Part shown: positions 54,816 through 64,000 of the stretch, one piece after another
Numbering within the stretch: position 1 is the stretch's first letter
Layout of the letters: every line of letters starts with the position of its first letter
Notes under the pieces: generated by a model
What the model saw: the letters and a program-made list of their open reading frames with translations, nothing else
What the model was told of the DNA's origin: nothing
Database searches by the model: none
NCBI RefSeq assembly: GCF_009914755.1
Contig: NC_060933.1
Reading direction: 5' to 3' (one strand)
Length of the DNA stretch: 64,000 nt
Source of the DNA: the human T2T-CHM13v2.0 reference genome, Homo sapiens
Translations under genes and position numbers: made by a program

Positions 54816-57800
54816 ATAACAGGAGTAAGATCACCAGTAACAACCTTGAATGTAAAATGTTTAAATTCCCCAATTAAAGACATAGATGGGTTGAATGAAT
54901 TACCAAAAAAAGCCTAGCTATATGCTACCTACAAAAAACTCAGTTCACCTGTGAAAGGCACATACAGACTGGAAATGAAGGGATTAAGGAAAAGATATTC
55001 CACAAAAATGGAAACCAAAAGTGTTCAGGGGTAGCTATACTTAAATCAGACAACAAATCTAAAAACATAGACTTTGAATCTAAAACATAAAAGGATATAA
55101 GAAAGGTCATTATGTAATGATAAAGGGGTTATGTTAGCCTGTTCTTACATTGCTATGAAGAAATACCTGAGACTGGGCAATTTATAAAGAGAAGAGGTTT
55201 GACTCACAGTTCTGCATTTCTGTGGAGGCCTCAGGAAACTTACAATCATGGTGGAAGCCAAAGGAGAAGCAGGCACCTTCTTTACAGGGTGGCAGGATGG
55301 AATGAATGCAAGCAGGGGAAATGCCAAATGCTTATAAAACCATCAGATTTCCTGAGACTCACTGTCATGAGAACAGCATGGGGGAAACCATCCTCATGAT
55401 CCAATTACCTCCATCCTTGGTCCTGCCCTTGACATATGGGGATTATGTGGATTAAAATTCAAGATGAGATTTTGAGGGGAGACACAGGCTAACTGTATCA
55501 GGGATCAGTTTAACCAGAGGATGGAACAATTGTAAATATATATGCACCCTACACTGAAGCACCAGATATATAAAGCAAATATTAGAGCCAGATACAGACT
55601 CCAAGATAAAAACTGAGGACTTCAACACACTACTTTTAGCATTGGCTAGATTATGTACACAAAAAACTAAAACTGAAAATAAACCACATTATAGATCAAA
55701 TGGAGCTAACAGCATTTCCAGAACATTTTATCAAATGGTTACAGAAAACACATTCTCATCAGCAGATGGAACATTTTCTAAGGTATACCATACGTTAGGC
55801 AACAAACCTAATCTCAACCAACTTTTAAAAATCAAAATCATATTGAGTATCTTCTTAGACCATAATGGGATAAAACTAGATATAAATAAGAGGAACTTTG
55901 GATACTATACAAATCTTTGCCTAGGCAAATATTTTATAGGTAAGACTTCAAAGGCTCAGGTAACATGGGAATTAAACAACATGCTGCTGAATGACCATTT
56001 CGTCAAAAAGGAAATATAAAAACTTGTAACAAATGAAAATATATACACAGTATACCAAAATCTGTGCCATTTAGTCAAAACAGTATCAAGAGGGATGTTT
56101 AAAGCAATAAATGCCTACATCAAAAAAGTAGAAAGATTTTAAGTGAAAAACCCAACAGAACACTAAAAGGAACTAGAAAAGCAAGAGCAAACCAAATTCA
56201 AAGTTAGTAGATGGAAAGAAATAGAGAGCAGAACTGAACAAAATACAGATAAGAAACTACAAAAGATTAAATGTAGCTGTTTTTTTAAAAGAGGTAAACA
56301 AAATTGGCAAACTATTAGACTAAGAAAAAGAGACTATCCAATTAAAACCAGAAATGAAGGAGACATTACAATGAGTACCACAGAAATACAAAGGTTCATT
56401 AGAGACTATTATGAACAACTATGCAATTTCCCAAAAATTGGAAAACCTGGAGGGAATGAATACTGAGATTGAACCAGGAAGAAATAGAAAACCTGAACAG
56501 ACCAGTAATAAGCAAAAATATTAAATCAGTAATAAAATGTCTCTCAAAAAAGAAAAGCTCAGGTGGCTTTACTGCTGAATTCTACCAAACTTTTAAAGGA
56601 GAACTAACACCAATTTTCCCCAAACTATTACAGTATACTGAAGAAGGAATTCTTTCTAACTTGTTCTGTGAAGCCAGCATCATCCTGATGCCAAAAATCA
56701 GACAAGGACACCCTAAAAAAGAAAACTATAGGCCAGTATCCTTGATGAACATGGATGCAAACATCCTCAGCAAAATACTAGCAAACCAAATCCAACAGTA
56801 CATCAAAAAGATAATACAACAAGATCAAGTGGGATTTATCCTAGGAAGGCAAGGATGGTTCGACATATGCAAATCAATAACTGTGATACGCCACATCAAC
56901 AGAAGTAAGGACAGAAACCATACAATCATTTCAATAGATACAGAACAAGCATTTGATAAAATTTGACATCCCTTGATAATAAAAACCCTCACAAACTGTG
57001 TATAAAAGAAGCATGCCTCAAAATGAAGGTCAAATATGACAAACCCACAGCCAACAAAATGGGGAAAAATTGAAAGCCTTTCTTCTAAGATCTATAACAA
57101 GACAAGGATGCCAGCTTTCACCACTTTTATTCAACATAATATTGGAAGTCCTGGTGGAACAATTAGTCAAGAGAAATAAAGGGCATTCAAATTGGAAAAG
57201 AAGATGTGAAAATGTCCCTGATTGCAGATGACATGATCTTTTTTAAAGAAAAACTTAAAGACTATTAAAAATCTTTTAGAATTGATAAGTTTGGTAAAGT
57301 TGCAGGTAACAAAATAATTGTACAAAAATTAGTAGCATTTCTATATGCTAATAACAACTATCCAAAAAGGAAGTCAAGAAAGCAATCCCATTTACATTAG
57401 CTATAAAAAATAGGAATAAATTTAACCAAGGAATTGAAAGATCACCACAATGAAAACTAGCAAACATGGATGTAAAAAATAGGACACACAAAAATGGAAA
57501 GACATACTCATGGATTAGAAAAATTAATATTGTTAAAATGACCCTATTAACCAAAACACTCTATAGATTCACTGTAATCCCTATCAAAATACCAATGACA
57601 TTCTTCACAGAAATAGAAAAAAGCCTGAAACTTGTATGGAACCACAAAAGATTCTGAATAGCCAAAGTAATACTGAGCAAAATCAAAAGAAGTAAACAAA
57701 AGAGCTGGAAGCCTCATACTACCCAACTTCAAAATATATTACAAAGCTATATAACCAAAACAGCATGGTATTGGTATAAAAACAGATACATAGACTTATG

Positions 57801-58690
57801 GAACAGACTAGAGAACTCAGACGTAAATTCACATATTTTTAGCCAACAGATTTTCAACCAAGAACATACACTGAAGAAAGGACATCCTCTTCAGTAACTG
57901 GTGCTAGGAAAACTGGATATCTGTATGAGGAAGAATGAAACTAGGCCCCTATCTCTCACCATACACAACAATAAATTCAAGATGGATTCAATACTTAAAT
58001 ATAGGACCCAACACTACAAAACTACTGGAAGAAAATATAGGGTAATTGTTCAGTATACTGGTCTAGGCACTGATTTTATGCATAATACTTCAAAGGCGCA
58101 GGCAACAAAAACTGAAATAGACATATGGGATTATATTCAGCTAAAGAACTTCTGCACAGCAAAGGAAACAACAGAGCATAGAGACAATATGTAAAATGGG
58201 AAAAATATTTGAAAACTATTCATCCAACAAGGGCTTCATATCCAGAATACATAAGAAAGGCAAAGAGAAAAAAGCCAAATAACTCAATTAAAAAATGGGC
58301 AAAGTATCTGAATAGACATTTCTCCAAAGACGACTTACATACAGATACATGAAAAAATGCTCAACATCACTAATCAGGGAAATGCAAATCAAAACCACAA
58401 TGAGATATCATCTCAACCAGTTAGAATGGCTATTATCAAAATAATACTGATAAAGATGTGGAGAAATGGGAACTGTTACGCAGTGTTGATGGGAATGTAA
58501 ATTAGTGCAACCATTAAGAAAAACACTATGGATATTGCTCAAAAAATTAAAAATAGAACCACCATATGATCCAGCAATCCCATTTCTGGATATATATCTA
58601 AAGGAAATGAAACAAGCATTTCAGAGTTATCTGCAGTTCCATGTTCATTGCAGCACAATTCACAATAGTCAATATATGGGATTAACCTAA
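54816..58690 (+). pseudogene. L1 ORF2p (endonuclease/reverse transcriptase) remnant
   Basis: Start ATG mutated to ATA (ataacaggagta); fragments [57 protein letters not shown], gcagatgacatg (ADDM), PYDPAIPFLDIY; many stops and frameshifts. Confidence 0.92.
55130..55500 (-). mobile_element. THE1D/MSTA-type solo LTR inserted in the L1 endonuclease domain
   Basis: aaatacctgagactggg...gaggcctcaggaaacttacaatcatgg...aattcaagatgagattt...atca; 5-bp TSD ggggt / gggat. Confidence 0.9.
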
Positions 58691-59237
58691 ATGGCCATCT
58701 ACAGATGAATGGATAAAGAAAATGTTACATATATATATATTTTTATATATGTGAATATTTGGCCTTAAACTGTAATCATGTCATTTACAGCAGCATGGAT
58801 CAACCTGGAGGATACTATCTAAAGTGAATTAAGCCAGATACAGAAAAAGAAATACCGCATGATCTCCCTCATATATGGAATCTCAACAAGATGATTTCAT
58901 AGAAACAGAGAGTAGGATAGTGATTACCAGAGGCTGGGAGAGTAGGGAGTAGGAGGGGAACAGGAGAGGTTGGTCAACCGGAAAAAAGGTACAGTTAGAC
59001 TGGAAGAATAAGTTTTGGTTTTCTTTTACACAAGTTGGGTGACTATAATAACAATGTAGTATATTTTAAGATAGAAAATTTTGAATGTTATCACTACAAA
59101 GAAATGATAAAAGTTTAAAGTGATGTATATGGTGATTACTCTATTTTGATCATTATACAATGCATGCAATGAAACATCACACTGTGCCTCATAAATGTGT
59201 ACAGTTTTTATGTGTCAATTATAAATTAATTTGAAAA

Positions 59238-59570
59238 ACTAGAGAGTAGAATTATGGCTATTTGAGGCCAAGAAGGGTAGGGGGATGGGGAAACGGGGTG
59301 ATTGGTTAACAGATACAAAATTATAGCTATATGGGAGAAATAAGTTCTAGTGTTTCATAGCATTGCAGGATGAATATAGTTAATAATTTATTGTATATTT
59401 TCAAAAAGCTAGAAGAGAGGAGTTTGAATGTTCCTTATACAAAAAAAATCAATATTTTAGGTTATAAAGTAATTACCCTGATTTGATTATTACACATTAT
59501 ATACATCTATGAAAATATCACTCTGTATTTCATAAATATGTATAATTATTACATGTAAATTAAAAGAAGA
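59238..59570 (+). mobile_element. Second, 5'-truncated L1MA 3' end directly after the first
   Basis: Repeats the 3' UTR with different diagnostics: ttggttaacagatacaaaatt...aagctagaagagagga...taattaccctgatttgat. Confidence 0.88.
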
Positions 59571-60987
59571 ACACTATAAAAATTATAGGTTGACTTCTTA
59601 AAAATATGAACCTAGGCAAAATTAAACTAATACCTACTGGTCATTGCAATGTGTAAATTGTGCTGACCATCATGTGGGATGTTAATAGGGATAGTCTCTT
59701 TTCTAAGAGCCTCTTAAAATCAGACATCTTAGGGCTGGAAGGAATTTTTTGAGGTTGTGAGTCCAATCCCTAACCTTTATGAATAAGGAATCTAAGGTCT
59801 TAAAAGGCTAAGTGATCTTGGGAAATGCACTTAACCTGTTTGAACTTCAGTTTCATTTTAAAAAATGGAAATAATATCAAACTCACAGGATTGTCATAAG
59901 AATTAAAAGCAATAATATATGTTCATAATATATGAGCCAACTGCTGCCCATAACAAACTACCAGTAAATGATGCCTTCTTTTAGTGTTATTATTGGCTAT
60001 GATGATACAAATAGTTGCAAACCACAAATACAAATTCGGTTCTTTCAAGCGCATTGTTTTATATAGTTCTCCATGCTATCAATGTATCATTTTCCAATCT
60101 GGGCAAAATTTGTCTTTCATTAAAGATACATTCAGAAATAGATAGGTGTTACTTGTCAGACTGCCATTTGTTTTCAACAAATCACAACATAAACAAAAGA
60201 ATGTTCCAAACAAAATAACAGCAACAAAAACCCCAAACCTTTTTGGTGTGCACTTCTTAAATGTAGCATTAAGTTAAAAGTTATATATATATATATATAT
60301 TTTTTTTTTAATTAACACTTTCTAATATAGACACATTAAATGTCATCCATTTGTTCTGCTAAGCATCCCAAATGCTACAGGATATGCTCCAGATTGTAAT
60401 TCCTATTAGATCTTTCACACTTTCATTGTTTATTAGTTTGTCTTTGGTTGTTGTAGTAGTGGTCAGCTTGGCTACCTCTTCCTGAAGGGCAGGGGTAAAT
60501 CCTGCTGTCCTATCTTATTTGCAAGATTTCTATCTAAAGCTGGGTAGGAGCCAGTGCTGCTGAGGCTGGTGAATTGGATGTTTACCAACCCTATGTTCTT
60601 GGAAAGCCTATCTTATCACTTTATATGAAAGATGGATAGGAGAGTCTTTCCCGATCTAACCTACTAATTTTATCCAGCTCCAAAATGCAAGTGTTTCTTT
60701 CTTATGGAGGTTTGAGTGGAACAATATTTAATAGACAAAACTGAAATGTGCCACTGGGTCTCATACATGCACCTCCATGTTCTCTATAGTATTATTTTCA
60801 ATAAAGATTTTCCATCAATTTAGTAACATTAAGTAGCTTTACAACTTTGTGGAGAGTTGCTTTTTGAATATAAGCTTTATTCTTATGTAAAATTAGATTA
60901 TCACATCTGCTTCTTCAATTCTTCTTTATTGATTTAAGCTGTCTAGCTGTGTCCCTCACCGACTTTAATTCTAAAAGCAATGGGGCT

Positions 60988-61519
60988 TGTATTAGCCAGG
61001 GTTTTACAGAGAAACAGAACCCATTGGATGTATATGTGTATACATATAGAAAGAGATTTTTTTTTGACTCAAGCAGTTACAGAGGCTGGCAAGACCCAAA
61101 TCTGCAGTTGGCAAGTTGAGGGCTCAGGAGCATCCATGTTGTAATTCCAATCTGAATCCAAAGGCCTGCGAACCAGGAGAGCTGATAGTATAATTCCGGT
61201 CTGAATGCCCAGGAAGAACTAATGTTTCAGTTCAAGTCCAAAGGAAGGAAAAAACTAGTGTTCCAGCTCAAGGTAGTCAGGCCAGAGGAAATTTCCCCCC
61301 TACCTATGGAGGGGTCAACCTTTTTGTTCTGATCAGCCCTTCAACTGATCGGATGGTGTCCACCCATGTTGCAGAAGGTAATCTGCTTTACTCAGTCTAT
61401 CAATCCAAATGTTAATTTCATCCAGAAATGCCCTCATAGACACACTCAGAGTGATGTTTGCCCAAATGTTTGGGCACTCTGTGGCCTACTCAAATTGACA
61501 CATAGAACTAACTACTGCA
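60988..61519 (-). mobile_element. ERV-L solo LTR MLT2B-like
   Basis: tgtattagccagggttttacagagaaacagaacc...aatctgctttactcagtcta...aaattgacacata; TSD gggct / gtgct. Confidence 0.87.
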
Positions 61520-61824
61520 GTGCTAAATGGCTTTTGTCTTTAATCTGTTACGCCATAAAAAACCATAATTGCACTTTTGCTATTCATAAATGTATATGAC
61601 TATTAAATTAGCCATGACTGAACTTCTGGTTTCATAGAAATTGTATTTTGCTTACATACCTCTAAATGATGATACTTGTGTGGATAATTTGCTAATGTCT
61701 CTGCATGCATAAAGTGAATCAAATAGAGTGAATCAAACTGGGGTTCCCCAGATTGAGTGTTTTGGGTAGGGAAAAAATAATGCTTTCTGTTTTTTATTTT
61801 TTTATTTTTTAAAAAAAAAAAGAA

Positions 61825-62005
61825 TTTGAAGTTGGCCAGATCTTAATTTGAATCTAGGCTTTGGCATCCAGCATCTCTGTAAATTTGATATTTTATTAGA
61901 CTTTTCTGAGCCTCAGTGCTCCTCTCTGCATAAATTGGGAAAATAATACCTCCTTCACAGTGTTATGTTAATTAAATGGCATAACGTATGCAAAACTGTT
62001 AGAAT
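61825..62005 (+). mobile_element. MIR
   Basis: tttgaatctaggct...ttttctgagcctcagt...aaataatacctccttcacag...aattaaatg. Confidence 0.75.
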
Positions 62006-62574
62006 CCTCCTTTTTACTTTTAAAATCTTTATTAGACATTTAACTCTTTTCATTCTATTCTTTGTCTCTTAACCATTCTTTCAATCTTTTTATGTCTCTG
62101 TATTGAATCATTAATTTTTTCCAGTGTTTCTTCTAGATCATCAATCCCCTCTGAATTGCTGTTCAGTGTATTGATTTAATTTCGGAAAATATTTTTTATA
62201 TGTAGAATACTTATTCAGTTCTTTTTTCAAGTACACCTTCATTCACTGTACTTTATTTTTTGTGAAGTTTTAAATTTATTTCTTCTGTCTTTAGTGATAT
62301 TTAAAATTTTTAATCAAGTTTATCAGAAAATTCTGTACGAAAATATGACAATTTTAATCTGCCATCTATATTGTCTGCTGACTATTATCTAAAGATAATT
62401 GCTTTCTCTTTTTAAAACAATTTGAATTGAGATTCTATCTGATAATTAAGTGGTGCTTAATCTGTAAGACTCGTGTAGTCTGGCTTGATGAAATACCATT
62501 CTAAGCCATGTTTTTTTTTTTTTTTTTTTTTTTTTCCAGATATCCTAGGGATATAACCAGCTTAAAATATCCTT

Positions 62575-63850
62575 TAAAATTTGCAGTATTATTTATATGA
62601 AGTGAAATGCGTAGATCTTATTGTGCAGTTCAATAAGTTTTGACAAATGTATACATTTATGAAACTCTTACCCTTGTCAAAATAAATATCTCGGCTGGGT
62701 GCAGTGGCTCACACCTGTAATCCCAGCACTTTGGGAGGCTGAAGTGGGGCGGATCACGAGGTCAGGAGATCGAGACCATCCTGGCTAACATGGTGAAACC
62801 CCGTCTCTACTAAAAATACAAAAAATTAGCCGGGCGTGGTGGCGGGCACCTGTGGTCCCTGAGGCAGGAGAGTGGCGTGAACCCAGGAAGGCGGAGCTTG
62901 CAGTGAGCCGAGATCACGCCGTTGCACTCCAGCCTGGGCAACAGAGCAACACTCCGTCTCAAAAAAAAAAAATAAATAAATAAAATAAATAAATAAATAA
63001 ATAAATATCTCCATCATCCTAGAAAGTTTATTCATGCCCCTATGAAACAGGTCGTCTCATCACTGTTCAGCTTGCTATCTCACCTACGGTAGTTTTTCCT
63101 GTTCTAGAATTTCCTAAGTGGAATCGTATATTATGTACTATTTTATGTCTGGCTTATTTCACTCAGCATGTTTTTCAGATTTACCCATGTTGATAGATGT
63201 ATTGATGGTTAAGTTTTGTTTTTTATTGCTGAGGGTTCCACTGTATGGGTATGCCACAATTTGTCCTTTCACCTGTTCGTAGATGTTATGGTTATTATCA
63301 GTTTTTGGTTGTTATGATTAAACTGGTTATTATGAACATTGGTATACACATTTTTGGGTGGATATGTTGTATTTATTTTTGGGAAAATACCTAAAAGTGG
63401 AATTGTTGGGCCATTTGGTAAATGTATGTTTAACTCCTCAAAGTAAACTTTCAGTTTTCTACAGGACTGTACAATTTTAAATTCCCACCACCAAAGTATG
63501 AGTGTTTCAGTTATTCTGTATCCTTACTAACGCTTGATATTTTAAATTTTAGCCATCCTAATTATTATTTATTGTAGTTTTACATGTTTATATTTTTAAT
63601 GACTAATGATGTTGAGTATCTTTTTATGTGCTTACTAATAAGCATATTCATGTTGTTTGTCCATCAAAATTTTTTGGATTGTGTTTTCTCTTTATTCATA
63701 ATATTGGGAAATTATTTTTATATTCTAGATATATGTCCTTTCTCTCTCTCTCTCTCACTGTCCCTTCCCTCTCTCTGTATATATACATGTATATACTGTC
63801 TATGTTCCCTCTCTTCCAATCTGTGGCTTTTGAATCAATTTTTTAGCTAC
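62575..63850 (-). mobile_element. Old L1 (L1MD/ME-type) 3' region, interrupted by AluY
   Basis: gtgaaatgcgtagatctta...tttgacaaatgtatac...ggcttatttcactcagcatg...cccaccaccaaagtatgag...atgactaatgatgttgagtatc. Confidence 0.8.
62693..62998 (+). mobile_element. AluY with 15-bp internal deletion
   Basis: gatcacgaggtcaggagatcgagaccatcctggctaac; 13-bp TSD aaataaatatctc (62680-62692 / 62999-63011). Confidence 0.95.
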
Positions 63851-63874
63851 AATATTCACTTTATGTATTCATGT

Positions 63875-64000
63875 ATTTTTTAAAATGTTTAAGTTCAGTG
63901 GTGCATGTGCAGCTTTGTTACATAGGTAAACATATATCAAGGGGGGTTTGTTGTACAGATTATTTCATCACCCGGTATTAAGCCTAGAACCCATTAGTTA
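63875..64000 (-). mobile_element. L1PA (PA10-13-like) 3' end, runs off the window
   Basis: catgtgcagctttgttacataggtaaac...gggtttgttgtacagattatttcatcaccc...cccattagtta. Confidence 0.88.

Larger units (their letters stand above)
52525..59232 (+). mobile_element. Near-full-length decayed LINE-1 of L1MA (L1MA4/5-like) age: 5' UTR, ORF1, ORF2, 3' UTR
   Basis: 5' aagatggctaactagagg start; ORF1 and ORF2 remnants in order; L1MA-type 3' UTR ending atgtgtcaattataaa. Confidence 0.92.

Noticed and set aside
56469-56966. 165-aa reverse-transcriptase-region ORF as an active RT or novel retro-system
   Set aside because: It is a fragment of a dead L1 ORF2 with a mutated start, stops, frameshifts and an LTR inserted in the endonuclease domain.

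Overview
Primate genomic DNA. AluY, THE1A/B and L1PA elements point to a catarrhine, most likely human or another ape. The window is intronic or intergenic; I recognise no protein-coding exon, RNA gene or CpG-island promoter, and I cannot name the locus. Much of it is interspersed repeat: 13 Alu copies or fragments, a near-full-length decayed L1MA-type LINE-1 (~52.5-59.2 kb), a complete THE1A MaLR provirus, fragments of an ERV-L pol/dUTPase region, a Gypsy-type LTR, many MLT/MST/THE1 LTRs, hAT and Tigger DNA transposons, MIR and L2. All long ORFs in the track are low-complexity or repeat-derived. The most unusual items are a 1.5-kb polypyrimidine/polypurine tract built from several distinct repeat units, an in-frame 48-bp copy of a downstream ORF2 segment inside the old L1, a closely spaced inverted Alu pair, several template-switch or microhomology scars, and four repeat-free blocks that look like enhancers. 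I found no convincing evidence of a new biological system. Repeat subfamily names come from recalled consensus sequences and boundaries are approximate; both need Dfam/RepeatMasker confirmation.
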